From contig CM059432.1 in the NCBI GenBank assembly GCA_030390025.1, forward strand, positions 135,286,001 to 135,350,000: 64,000 bases of DNA, read 5' to 3'. The notes under the pieces were generated by a model. The model had not been told where the DNA came from, did no database searches, and worked only from the letters and a program-made list of their open reading frames with translations. The stretch comes from Squalus acanthias (Eukaryota). Of this stretch, positions 37,614 through 50,670 are shown piece by piece. Within the stretch, counting starts at the first letter, position 1. Each line of letters begins with the position of its first letter. The position numbers were made by a program, and so were the translations under genes.

Positions 37614-38962
37614 GTCTCAACCACTTTCAAGTTGTGGGTGGATGGGGGAGGGGAGATGAGATTAAAAATATTTTAAATTAATCCGAGTAGTAAATATCCT
37701 TTCCAAGTTTCACAAAAGGCATGCTATCCGCTAACGTCTACAAAGTAATTGTGTCCACTTGACTCAGCAAATGCGAAGCAGAATTGGCTAAACATACAGT
37801 ACAAGTTATTAAACTAAATGACCAGAAAACGGAATACATTTTGCTGACAAAAGTCCTTTAGTATTAAAAGTATAAAATGTATAGATCCTTAAAAGCATCT
37901 ACTTCTAGTGGAGCATTTTATCCAAATTGCATTATTTTTTTTCTCTTTACAGTATTTGAGGTTCAAACAGATTCTCTCTAATGTAATGCAGCCATGGGAC
38001 TGTGCATTTAGTAAGCCGGTGTATGTGCTCCTACAGCCAAACTGGCTATGATGAAAGGGCTCTCAAGTGTGCCAAAGGATTAATTGCAACCATATTTACC
38101 TGCTTGCTTTGTTCTGAAAGTAGCTAAGTCAGATAACTGTTCAATAAATCTCAATCTACACAAGCAGTAGAACAGTTCAACTTGATCCTCGTTATGGAGC
38201 TGTGCTATTCCGTCTGATCTGACTGGCACACCAGATAGTGCAGGCTCTGGGCCGCAGGTATTCTCAGTTTTAAATCTCAGATGTTTGATAAGAGTTGGAC
38301 AATTATGAAAGATACATATTTGTTTTTCATTGTTGCTGCTTGAACTTCAAAGGGAATGGAAAGCATATTTCAGATAGCTTTAATCAGTTCTTCATGTACC
38401 ACTGCACTGGAGCCTGTGTGGAGGTGGTGGGTCAGAGAGACTCCATGGCGGTTAGATGAAGTTGCACACAGAAATTCTGTGGCTGACAAAGTGCATTTTT
38501 GCTATTTTTGTATATCTGAGGAGGTAAAAGTTAGAAATTCTGGAACAAAGAGAATTCTGCTATATGAATTAATCTTTACTTTTAAGAAATCTGATTCGTA
38601 GTTTGTAGCCTAAGTCACGTGGTCTGCTGGAGTGTTAACCAATCTGCTGTCCTGGGCAACACTACGTTCCCTTATGTGTGTATGACATCAGACTCCAGTT
38701 TGTAGGAAGTAAAGGCTTGCTAATGGGAGTGGGCTTTGGCATGGACCATGAGAGTAATATCTTAGTAAAGCCTAGAACTGGAGCACATGGCTTTGTGATT
38801 TAGAATTAAGAAAATCACCTTATTCTTGGTTTAACCATTTCCAGTATTAACGTTTTAAGGTGAATGCCAAAATCTACATATATGAAGGCGACAAGACTTT
38901 AAACGAGCAATATCAAAAATACAATCAATCAATTACACCTAGTGCAAACTGCAAGAAAACAT

Positions 38963-39380
38963 GGTCCGTAATTTACTGTCAGCGGCGAAGCAAATGCGTT
39001 CGCTGCTGGCCCAGAAATATGCTTCCCACAAAGATCTTGCGATCCTGTGGCGAGAAGTTCGGCTTTTCCAAAGTGCAGCTGAAATCAATGTAGTTTAATG
39101 GGGAATCCCATATTGCGAGCTGCTGTGACATCAACAAGCTGTCTACGCAGCCATTCAAATTGCAAAATTCTCAGAGACCGAGAACCAGGAAATAGAAAGC
39201 ACTAATAATCACATTTTAAAAATTTACAGAGTGCGAAATGAAGTTTTATTACATACACTGGGTTAAGGTAGAAACTGAAATATCATGAACAAACTTCCAA
39301 AAAAAAATTTGGTCAGTTTCAACGGTGAAATGACGGCGAACGCTGCCAGTTTGCCATCATCAGGACCGCAATTCCGGGCC
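38963..39380. mobile_element. MITE family H3, internally deleted copy
   Basis: TIRs ggtccgtaatt / caattccgggcc; CAT TSD at 38960-62 and 39381-83. Confidence 0.78.
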
Positions 39381-39864
39381 CATCTTTCTGCAAAATCGGA
39401 GTAAGCAGAACGCATCTATATGTAAACTACTATAAAATTTGGAAACCTCTTATCCACTATAACTGTTGGGAAAAGTTGCATGTTAAGTACTCCAGCAACA
39501 TCAGGTGAAAAGCATCCCTGTGTGTCTTGGATGATGCCAATTTGCACAAAATAACTAACTTGCACATTATAACTATAAGTTATATTTTACAATAAGAGGA
39601 CAACAATGCAAGTACAGCAGTCATTTGCCATTATGTCAATCAACAACTCAGTAAGTTCTTTCTATGCACTTTGTCCAGTGAATATCAATTGGAAGACACA
39701 TTTAAAACCATTTTCATGTTGGGTAAAAAATTAGCATGGTACCTTAGAACTCTCATTTGGTACACTGCCTACACAGATTGGCAATGGAAATTATCCCAAC
39801 ATGGTGTTTGTTGAGTCTTTACGTGTTCATATAATGTGTACAAATCTTCAAACATATCACACAC

Positions 39865-39973
39865 CTTTGTGAGGTCTTTGTAAAGCTCTGGATACAGTAT
39901 TGCTGTTTCTGGCTTTACGTCCTGGTCTAACACCAGAGAAAAAACAGGAAACATTGTGTAGATGGTAGCATAC
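39865..39973 (-). CDS. ATP9B: ATP9B coding exon (109 nt)
   Basis: (G)[36 protein letters not shown]; tag/gtgtg boundaries. Confidence 0.95.
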
Positions 39974-40112
39974 CTAATGGAACAGAAAGCAAAAAGTCAC
40001 CAAATTCACAACATAACATGATTTTGATGGTACTCAAGAAAAGACAAGATGAAGCTTTATATATCTGCAATACTAGAAAATGGTATTTTTGGAATTATAC
40101 AATGCCACTTAC

Positions 40113-40177
40113 CCTACCATGAGGAAACCCTGATACAAGGGAACAGATGCAAAATAGAACACTGATGAAAATACAGC
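40113..40177 (-). CDS. ATP9B: ATP9B coding exon (65 nt)
   Basis: AVFSSVFYFASVPLYQGFLMV+GG; tag/gtaag boundaries; found by manual translation (not in the ORF track). Confidence 0.95.
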
Positions 40178-41661
40178 CTAAGGAAGAGAACAAAAGCAAA
40201 ACCACTGTTAAAAGATCAAGAAAACACTCAGTGAATGATAGAATTCAAATGCACTTTAAAAGGTTGTGTTGGAAACAGCTTCAGATTATGTATAGAAATT
40301 TTACGAAACGTTCAATTTCATTGCAACATTGAAATATGCAGGCTCATACTCTCATTTGACATCTCTTTTGCAAGCATTTGAAAACTCAAAGGATGTCATT
40401 CAAAAAAAGAATTTAGTGTGTCAAATCATGTCTTCAGTTTTGAAGGACTGGTGCTTCAAGATATTATCTTTAAATTTATAAATAATTAAAGGTGCGGGGT
40501 GGGGGAGGGGTTATTACTGGAAATGGGAGATATCCAGTTACGAGTAATATTGGCCACTGCAGTGCATGCAGCGCCACATCAAGTTGTACAAAGGCACTGT
40601 GCCACAATGGAGATGGGAAGCATGTTTCATCAGTCTCCATCTCAGCAGTGCTTCTGTGAGAGGCACTGAGCAGAGAGCAGGTATCTACGCATAGGAGTGA
40701 GGGGAAATTGTAGGGAATCCCGACCCTCGGATGCTGTTTCTCACGTTTTGGCACGTGGTTCAGAATGACAACAGACGTTTTTATATTTGTAGGATTTTTT
40801 TTTTTTTTTAATTTGTTCCTGTGTCGGGTGAGCTCAGTGTGTCACTCTCCCCAATTCATACTGCTGTTTTGTTCTGTGTAAACCCTTTGGAGAATAATTC
40901 AGCGGTTGGGCCTGGGAACATCACATCATGGTGAAATTGCACACAGCAGGCTGCCAGGCAGTTTGATATTGAGCTGGCTCCATGCATCATATCAGGACAT
41001 CTGGTTCAGGAGCATGCAGCAGACCCATAAAGGAGATTGCTGATCAAAACAGGCTATGGCTGATAAAAATCTAAATCTGTCATCTCATTTTATTTTGGTT
41101 CAGAAATGTTACCACAGTCCTCAAATGGCTGCTGAAACAAAGGGACAAAACACTGGTCTGTATGGTTCAGTACCCATAATGTGATATTTTTAATCCAGTG
41201 AACCATCAGGAGAGAAATATGAAAGGCCAGTGAATTAGTTTTGAAGTGTAGTCACGATGTTATACAACCAAACATGGCAGCACATTAATACTGTAATTTG
41301 CACACAGTAAGAACCCACAAATAGCAAGGAGATAAATGACGAGATAATCAAGTCAGAGTTAAGTATAATTTGTGTACTTCCAGTCCATTTAAAAGCCATT
41401 ATAAAAAACAAAGGTATTCACCTATATATTCTGAATAGGTAGAAATCCTATATGGCCAGCAACATTTCAGGGGTTAATTGCATCAGCCAGTTGTACCTGA
41501 GGAAGTAAATTCCCATATGCAACATTCCCACTTGTAACTGAGGCACAAACTAAGTGACAATCTTCAAAATGAATATGGATTCTAGCCCCTACAAAGTTAA
41601 TCAGCTGGACACAAATTAAATCTAGACACGTTTACATGTAAAGGATGGTGAAGGCTGTATT

Positions 41662-42427
41662 CTTCTTAGGCAGTCCCTCAGAACCGAGGATGACTTGCTT
41701 CCACATTAAAAATGAGTTCTCAGGTCTGCCCTTGTTGACAGTAGGCTCCCGAGGTATGGAAAGTGGTCCACGTTGTCCAAGGCCTTGTCGTGGATTTTGA
41801 TAATCGAGTGGCAGTACTGTGTGGCGGGGGCAGGTTGGTAGAGGACCTTTGTCTTACGGATGTTTAGTGTAAGGCCCATGCTCTCGTATGCTTTGGTGAA
41901 GGTGTTGACGATGGTTTAGAGTGCAATGCGGATTCCGCCCACTAAGGGGCACAATGGACATGATCTTCACCGCACATCAATTACAAGAGAAATGCAGGGA
42001 ACAGCACCAACCGCTGTACATGGCCTTCTTTGATCTCACAAAGGCCTTCAACACCGTCAACCGTGAGGGATTATGGAGTGTCCTCCTCAAATTCGGCTGC
42101 CCTCAAAAGTTTGTCACCATCCTCCACCTGCTTCACGATGACATGCAAGCCGTGATCCTGACCAACGGTTCCACCACAGACTCAATTCACGTACGAACCG
42201 GGGTCAAGCAAGGCTGTGTCATCGCACCAACGCTCTTCTTGATCTTCCTGGCTACAATGCTCCATCTCACCCTCAGTAAGCTCCCCAATGCAGTGGAGCT
42301 AATTTACAGAACAAACGGGGAACTGTTCAACCTCCGTCACCTCCAGTCCAGATCCAAGGTCGTCCCATCCTCTGTCGTCGAATTACAGTATGCAGACGAC
42401 ACTTGCGTCTGCGCTCACTCGGAGGTC
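41662..42427. mobile_element. RTE-clade LINE with 5' inversion and internal deletion
   Basis: RT motifs QCGFR, FFDLTKAF, GVKQGCVIAP and QYADD on plus (41921-42427); continuation and 3' tail on minus (41662-41920); 12-bp TSD gaaggctgtatt at 41650-61 and 42428-39. Confidence 0.9.
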
Positions 42428-43074
42428 GAAGGCTGTATTACAGGTGCACTCAATGCAGCCTTTTTAAAAAAAATTTGGCTAGTGACATACAGTAATGTCA
42501 AAATAACAAAATGCAGTTATTTTGGGTTGATTTACAAATGCGTAAATTTTGCCTCATTCACAATTAAAATGGAGCCTTTTAATTTTTTTTTTTTAAAAAG
42601 GTACAAAATGTCCCTTTGTGCATCAAACCAGTTTCACAATGTTTCCGTAGCTTTGCTGCATCATGAGAAGGGGCTTCCAACTGGCTGAAGCAACAGCAAC
42701 AAAGGTTATTACTTGATAGCCTAGTGGGGACCATGCAAAGCTTGGCAGCATAGAGGAGAGTAAGGTTCCACCTTTCCCATGACATATTTGGTATGGTTTG
42801 CTCTCAGCTGCCTTGTCTTCGAGTTTCATCTTTAAGTTTAACTTCTGCTTTTCAGTTTCCCTTTTACACTTTCTGTTCCAGCTTCCAAAATTAAAATGAT
42901 GTTCATCCAAACATCTCTGCTGCTCCCTTGCAGTACGTGACTTTGACTCCTGTCAGCAAAACTCTTCCTCCCCCTCACCTCACTTAAATCATTGCCGTTC
43001 GAACCTTGATCATAGATTTGATTTTGTGTGACAAATACATCAACTCTAGCTTCCCCTCTACTGAAAGAAAAAAA

Positions 43075-43410
43075 AATTGTACTTATATAGCACCATGCCA
43101 TACTGTGTCCTCAGGATGTTCCATAGTGTTTTACAACCAATGGATTACTTTTGAAGTGCAATCACTGTAGACAGACATAGGAACCAATTTTGCACACAGC
43201 AAGGTCCTACAAACAGCAAGGGGCCAGATATTCTGTTTTGGGTAGTAGTGTTTGAGGGGGGGAAATGTTGGCCAGGGCACCAGGAGGACTCCACATTCTT
43301 CAAAAAAAAATGCCATGGAATCTTTACAACCATTTGAGTAGATAGGCGGGGCCCTGGTTTAATGTTCCATTTGAAAGACCGTACAATGCAGCATCCCCTC
43401 TGTAATGCAC
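43075..43410 (-). mobile_element. Deu-domain SINE, degenerate
   Basis: Similar to 34827-35140. Confidence 0.7.
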
Positions 43411-45145
43411 TTGTTTAGATCAGCATTCTTGGTGACCTTAATTTATCATGGCTCTGTTTTTTCTTTACTACTGATTAGAGTCCTTTCCTTCCTTTATGAT
43501 CTCAAACAGCTTGTTAATCACCCTACCCATATCCCTCAAATCAAATAATGAAGATAGTCTAATAGAGATCTCCGCTCTTAATCCTTACACTACATCTGTT
43601 TGTCAGTGGGCTCTTATGGCTACAGTCATATCAATCCTTGAAAATTCTTTGTCTCTCTTCCCTGCTGGTTTTCTCATCCTTCTATTTGTGCCAGTGAAGT
43701 AATTGATGAAGGTTTCATACCTCATTTTTTCCTTTCTGTCAGATCGGATATTGCACTTCGGTTCAATCCTACCTGCCAATCTGCTGTCTCAAAAAATCTA
43801 CTTATTGCATCGGGCATCTTAATCAGTCTGAGGCATCCCAAGACAACTTCATCTCTGCTCATACCCTCTTGTATATCCACTATTAAAGCTGCTAAAAGCA
43901 AGTTTATTGAAAGCAAGTTTTCTTTCTGCCCTTCCATCAGCCACTCCTTCCAGTCTCATTGCCAAAACTGACACACACAACTTAAGTGAATCCTTCTTTC
44001 AAACTCTAAGCTGTATTCATGATTGAGATGCATGCTCTCCTAAAGGGAAATCAGATCTTCGTGGTTCATTTTTCCCCCCTTCAACTCTAATCTTGACAAC
44101 CTTGTTAAGAAGCTCCCTCTATTGCTCCATTCCATTTTTTCATTAGAACCAACATCAAGGCTTGACCCTGCCAGGAATATTGAATCTTCTGCTTCCTGGA
44201 TTCCAATAAAATCTCTGGCCCCAATGGTGCTTCTTCCATCTTTCTCAAAAGTATTTGCCTTTGTGCTTAGCTGTGTCCCAAATCATCTCTTCAATCTCCC
44301 AATACATCTTTCCTTCTCCTTGGAAAATTGCTTGTGTGCACCCTATTCCTACAAAAAACGATCCCTCTTTTCCTTCCAAGTACTGCTCTTTAATCTGTTC
44401 TTTCTAAAGTTATGGAAGCAGTTCACTCTCAAATTATCAATCACCTTGAACATTGTAGCCTATTCCATAACTGACACTCTTATTTTTGGTAGGGCCATTC
44501 CACTGGCCTATATTATGCATCCAAAATCATGGAATTTTCAGCACAGAAGATAATCATTTGGCTCATGGTATCTGCATTGGCTTTCAAAGAGGTATTCATT
44601 TTCCCCGCCCTTACCCTATACCATTAAAAAAATATATTTTACAAATATCTTCCTTTAAAAGCTATATGTATTTTGCTTCTACCATTGTTTCTGGTAGGAA
44701 ATTCCATGTCCTAACAACCCGGCAGAACCAGCACAGAGGAAGATGTAACTGAACTATAAATTTGAACCGAGTTATGCTATGTTAAAACAAACACAGTTCA
44801 TGCAGTCATGAAACCAAGTTATTGTTAAGTTGTGATGATTTAACTTAACTGTTAACATTGACTGTTATCCTTGATATACAGAAGACGTCTAAAATATTTT
44901 AGTTGTACGTCAAACTGGCTTGCAAATAGCCCTTCATGTCTTGCCAACAGTTGAATGAGTCTTTCTAACTCAATCTATTTCTGTAGGAAGATTCAAGAGC
45001 CAAATTAGGCATCTTGCATAGAAATAAATTTAAATCTCAACCCTTTATTCCGACAACCTTAGATGAAGAAAGACTATAAGGGTGGAGCTATCAGTCTGAT
45101 TTCTCAGCCTCACTATGCCCTCTGACCTCAAACAGAACTCCTATA

Positions 45146-45288
45146 AAATGTTTCCGTAATTTTTTAACGGGCTGCACGGCCCATTCAAAGTCCGCGCATG
45201 CGCAGTTTTTTCAATTTAAAAGCCGGCTCACCGTCTGCCCGGGACTCCTGGAGCGCTCTGCAGTCGCGCAGCTTAAAAGGGAACATTG
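45146..45288. mobile_element. Short hAT-type MITE
   Basis: TIRs aaatgtttcc / gggaacattg; degenerate TSD ctcctata/ctcccaca. Confidence 0.7.
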
Positions 45289-45732
45289 CTCCCACATCTC
45301 CTTCATTGCTAAATCTGCCTCCAATATTTTCGGTTTCCTCTTTCATACAAAACACTTTCTTTACCCCATCAGCAACTCTCTACTCTCTGCAAAGTTTAAA
45401 TCAGTCCCAGAACTGAATGTAGTTCTTGTATCTGGGAAAGTTCTCCTGATACCTCTTTCACATTCCTGGGCAAGATGCAAGAAAAGATTTGTCATTTGAT
45501 AAGTGATCCCTTCTCATTCAACCTCTCTCAATTACATCCTTTCTTAACTCTTAATTGATACCACAGTGCTTAGTGTTTCACTGAACTTTCCTCTTGTTGC
45601 TCCTTTAAGCTGCAGCTATGTCGTCATACATTCTCTTCCTCCTACCTGCATTTATATGATGTTCAAGTCAAGACTCATTGCACAGCTTGGACTCGCTCTT
45701 TCCCAGGAGTTCCAATGTGGAACAGTTATTTA

Positions 45733-46157
45733 TTGAGTAGAATGGGCCTATACTCTCTGGAGTTTAGAAGAATAAGAGGTGATCTCATTGAAACATACAA
45801 TATTCTGAGAGGGCTTGACAGTGTAGATGCTGAGAGGTTGTTTCCCCTGGCCGGAGAGTCTAGAGCGAGGGGGCATAGTCTCAGGATAAGGGGTCGGCCA
45901 TTTAGCACAGAGATGAGGAGGAATTTCTTCACTCAGAGGGTTGTGAATCTTTGGAATTCTCTAACGCAGAGGATTGTGGATGCTGAATGGTGGAGTATAT
46001 TCAAGACAGAGATAGATAGATTTTTGGACTCTAATGGAATCAAGGGATATGGGGATCGGGCGGGAAAGTGGAGTTGAGGTCAAAGATCAGCCATGATCTT
46101 GTTGAATGGCGGTGCAGGCTCAACTGGCCAAATGGCCTACTCCTATTTCTTATGTTC
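45733..46157 (+). mobile_element. CR1 LINE 3' fragment
   Basis: GLYSLEFRRIRGDLIETY...RVVNLWNSL. Confidence 0.9.
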
Positions 46158-46327
46158 TACCTCCAGCAGTCAGTCTTTCTTTAATCTTTAAGCTGTTAAA
46201 ACCCAAACTTTGCACCATCTATTCACCACCTCCTGATTTACATCCTCTTCTATTTCACTTGTTTCAATCTTTGTGTTATCGCCCACTGTGGGCCTTGGCC
46301 TTTTAAAGAAAGCAAGCACGCAATTAC

Positions 46328-46483
46328 CTGCATAGTGGAGATGATAAGGCCCCGGTGGATGACAAACTGGCCAAGTGCAGCTGATCGCTTGTAACTGTTG
46401 CGACCGTGCACCATCAGTAGCCTGCCGATGTGCTTAAACTGAGTGATGGAAAAATCTGCTGCCAAAGACGCCTGTTTACCTTC
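46328..46483 (-). CDS. ATP9B: ATP9B coding exon (156 nt)
   Basis: [52 protein letters not shown]; tag/gtaat boundaries. Confidence 0.96.
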
Positions 46484-46699
46484 CTAGATTTAAAAAAAAA
46501 ATAAAGCTATAAAGTAAGAAAACATGTTAATTAAAAAGCTGCTCTATCACGTTCGCAAGTAAACATTTGCAATAATTAAATCATGCTATTAGAAGAAAAT
46601 CTTGACTATTTTTTCCCCAAAGTTCACAGTCTTTAAATAAAAACATTTCATGGTTAAAACTGTCGTGATTTCGTTGTGTTTCTCCGCTTTATGCTCACA

Positions 46700-47746
46700 C
46701 GGACTTCAATGTAGGGGGCATGATTAAGAAGTTTGCAGATGATACAAAAATTGGCCATGTGGTTGATCGTGAGGAAGAAAGCTGCAGACTGCAGGGAGAT
46801 ATCAATGGACTGGTCAGATGGGCAGTAAAGTGGCAAATGGAATTCAATCTGGAGACGTGTGAGGTGATGTATTTGGGGAGGGCTAACAAGGCAAGGGAAT
46901 ACACAATAAATGGTAGGACACGGAGAAGGTAGCAGGACAGGTAGATAAAGGTGGTTAAGAAGGCATATGGGATACTTTCCTTTATTAGCTGAGGCATAGA
47001 CTACAAGAGCAGGGTGGTTATGTCTGAACTGTATAAAACACTAGTTGGACCACAGCTAGAGTACTGCTTACAGTTCCAGTCACCACATTACAGGAAAGAT
47101 GTGATTGCACTAGAGGGGGTACAGAGGTTGATTTACGAGGATGTTGCCAGGACTGGAGAATTTTAGCTATGAAGAAAGATTGGATAGGCTGGGGTTGTTT
47201 TCTTTGGAGCAGAGGTGGCCGAGGGGAGACTTAATTGAGGCGTATAAAATTATGAGGGGCCTGGATAGAGTGGATAGGAAGGACCTATTTCCCTTAGCAG
47301 TGAGGTCAATAACCAGGGGGCACAGATTTAAATTAATTGGTAGAAGGATTAGAGAGGAGTTGAGGAGAACTTTTATCACCCAGAGGCTAACTGCCTGAAA
47401 GGGTGGTAGAGGCTGAAACCCTCATTGCATTTAAAAAGTACTTGGATATGCACTTGAAGTGGCATAACCTACAAGGCCACAGACCAAGAGCTGGAAAATG
47501 GGATTAGGCTGGATAGCTCTTTCAGCCAGCAGAGACATGATGGCCGAATGGCCTCGTTCTGTGCCGTCAATTTTTATGATTCACTAGAGGGGGTACAGAG
47601 GAGATTTACGAGGATGTTGCCAGGACTGGAGAATTTTAGCTATGAAGAAAGATTGGATAGGCTGGGGTTGTTTTCTTTGGTGCAGAGGAGGCGGAGGGGA
47701 GACTTAATTGAGGCGTATAAAATTATGAGGGGCCTGGATAGAGTGG
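46700..47746 (+). mobile_element. CR1 LINE 3' fragment plus ~165-bp tandem re-duplication
   Basis: KFADDTKIG...LGLFSLEQ; 47582-47746 repeats 47108-47274. Confidence 0.88.
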
Positions 47747-49678
47747 AGACTATGAAAAATTCAAAAATGGGTTTAGAATGCATGTACGTAAACGCACAAA
47801 GTGTGGTGAATAAGGTTGGTGAGCTACAAGCACAATTAGCCGTGTGGCAATATGATGCTGTGGCAATAACGGAAACATGGCTTAAAAATGGTGAGGACTG
47901 GGTGCTTAAAATTCAAGGGTACAAGGTGTTCAGAAAAGATAGGGAAGGAAAATAGGTGGGTGGCAGTACTGATTAAGGAAGACATTGTAGTGTTGGAAAG
48001 GGAGGATGTTCTTGAGGATGACAAGGACAGAATCCATTTGGTTAGAGTTGAGGAGCAAAAAGGTTATGATCACGCTATTGGGGGTATTCTACAGGCCTCC
48101 AAATAGTGAGGGGGAGGTAGAGGAGCAAATATGCAGGGAAATCGCAGAGATATGCAAGAGCTATAGAGTGGTGATATTGGGGGACTTTAATTACCCAAAT
48201 ATCGATTGGGATAATGCTAGGGTAAAGGGAAAGGAGGGAGAGGAATTTCTGAAATGTGTTCAGGAGAATTTCCTTGACCAGTATGTTTCTTGGCCCAACT
48301 AGGAAGGAGGCATTGCTGGATCTGGTGCTGGGGAATGAGGTGGGCCAGGTCGACCAAGTGCCTGTGGGAGAACACTTGGGTACGAGTGATCATCGTATCA
48401 TAAGATTTAGATTAGCAATGGAGAGGAGCAGGGAACAATCTAGAGTGGAACTTCTAAACTGGAATAGGGCTAACTTCAATGGGATGCAAAAGGATCTAGC
48501 TAGGGTAAAATGGAACCAAAGACTGACAGGAAAAACTGTAACGGAACAATGGGTGATCTTTAAGGAGGAGATGTTCCAAGTACAGGCTAGGTCCATTCCA
48601 TCAAGAGGCAAGGGTAAGGAAACCAAAGCAAGGGCTCCTTGGATGACGTGGGAGATAGAGAAGATGATGAAACAAAAAAAGAGGGTGTATGATGCATGTC
48701 AGGTGAATTCTTCAAGGGAGAACCAGACCAAATACAATAAGTTGAGAGGGGAAGTGAAGATGAAAACAAGATTAGCAAAGAGAGAATTAGAGCAGAATGG
48801 TAGTTAACATAAAAGGGAATCCATAAATCTTCTACCGGCATGTAAACAGTAAGCGGGTAGTAAGAGGCAGGGTGGGACCTATTAGGGATAAAGAAGGTGA
48901 TATATGCTTAGAGGCGCAGGGCAAAGCTAGAATACTCAATGTGTACTTTGTATCAGTGTTTACTAAAGTGGTGGATGCTGACAAAATATTGGTAGATGTG
49001 GAAAAGGTAGAAGCAATGGAAGGGGTGAAAATTGAGACAGGATGTACTAGAAAGGCTGGGTATGCTTAGAGTGGATAAGTCGCCTGGTCCAGATGGCTTG
49101 CATCCCAGGTTGCTAAGGGAATTGGGGGAGAAGATAGCGGAAGGGCTTGCCATAATTTTCCAATCTTCCCTGGATGCGGGGGAGGTGCCTGAGGAGTGGA
49201 AAATGGCAAATGTGACACCATTGTTCAAGAAAGGGTGTAAGGACAATCCTAGTAACTACAGGCTGGGCAGTTTAACATCAGTGGTGGGTAAAGTTTTAGA
49301 AACAATAATCAAGGAAAACATTAATGGGCACTTGGAGAGGTTTAAGCTAATTAAGGAGAGCCAACAAGGATTTGTAAAAGGCAGATAGTGTTTGACTAAT
49401 CTAATTGAATTTTTTGATGAAGTAACAGGGAGGATTGATGAAGGGAATGCAATGGATGTTGTCTACATGGATTTTAGGAAGGTGTTTGATAAAGTACCAC
49501 ATAGAAGGCTGGTTAACAAAACTGAGGCTCATGGAATAGGTGGGTCAGTGGCAGCTTGGATAAGGAATTGACTTAAGGACAGAAAACAGCAAGTTGTGGT
49601 AAATGGCTGTTTTTCAGACTGGAGGATGGTAGACAGTGGTGTTCCCCAAGGGTCAGTGCTGGGGCCACTGCTTTTTTT

Positions 49679-49711
<33 letters not shown>

Positions 49712-50670
49712 TGTATATAAAAAAATGACCTGGATATTGGAATACAGAGAAGAATTTCTAAATTTGCCAATGACACCAAACTTGGGGGTGCGGCAAACAG
49801 TGAGGATGATACCAATCAACGGCAACAGGACATAGAAAGGCTAGCAGAATGGGCAGACAAGTGGCAGATGGAATTTAATAGAGAAGTGTGAGGTGATGCA
49901 TTTTGGCAGAAGGAACAGGGAGAGGCAATATACACTTAATGGCACAGTTTTAGAGTGAGCAGGGACAGAGGGACCTGGGAGTTAATGTGCATAGGTCCCT
50001 GAAGGTGGCAGGACATATTGAGAAAGTGGTTAGCAAAGCATATGGGATCTTGGGCTTCATAAATAGAGGTATTGAGTACAAAAGTAGAGAAGTTATGCTG
50101 AAGCTTTATAAAGCACTGGTTAGGCCACAACTGGAGTATTGCATCCAGTTCTGATCACCACACTTTAGGAAGGATGTGAAGGCACTTGAGAGGGTGCAGA
50201 GGAAATTTACCAGAATGGTTCCAGGGATGGGAGATCTTAGTTACAAGGACAGGTTGGAGAAGCTGGGTTTGTTTTCATTAGAACAGAGATTGAGGGGTGA
50301 TTTGATCGAGGTGTACAAGATTATGTCAGGTTTGGATAGGCTAGACGGGGAAAGGCTGTTCCCACTAGTTAAATGGTACAAGGACTAGGGGACACAGATT
50401 TAAGGTTTTTGGCAAGAGATACAGGGGGGGATGTGAGGAAAAACTATTTTACGCAGCGAGCGGTGAGGACCTGGAACTCGCTGCCGACAGAAGTGGTGGA
50501 AGCGGAGACACTCAATGTTTTCAAGGGGAGACTGGATTGGCAGTTGAGGGAAATAAACTTGCAGGGCTACGGGGATAGAGCGGGGGAATGGGACTGACTG
50601 GATTGCTCTACAGAGAGCCAGCACGGACTCAATGGACCGAATGGCCTCCTTCTGTGCCGTTATGACTATG
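47747..50670 (+). mobile_element. CR1 LINE with near-complete decayed ORF2 (AP endonuclease + RT)
   Basis: YVNAQS, AITETWL, YRPPNS, ILGDFNYP, SDH, KSPGPDGLHPR and GVPQGSVLGP motifs; multiple stops and frameshifts; (TA)n at ~49677-49716. Confidence 0.93.

Noticed and set aside
41921..42688. 255-aa RT ORF as an intact or domesticated gene
   Set aside because: RT homology stops at the TSD (42428); the rest is read-through into flank.
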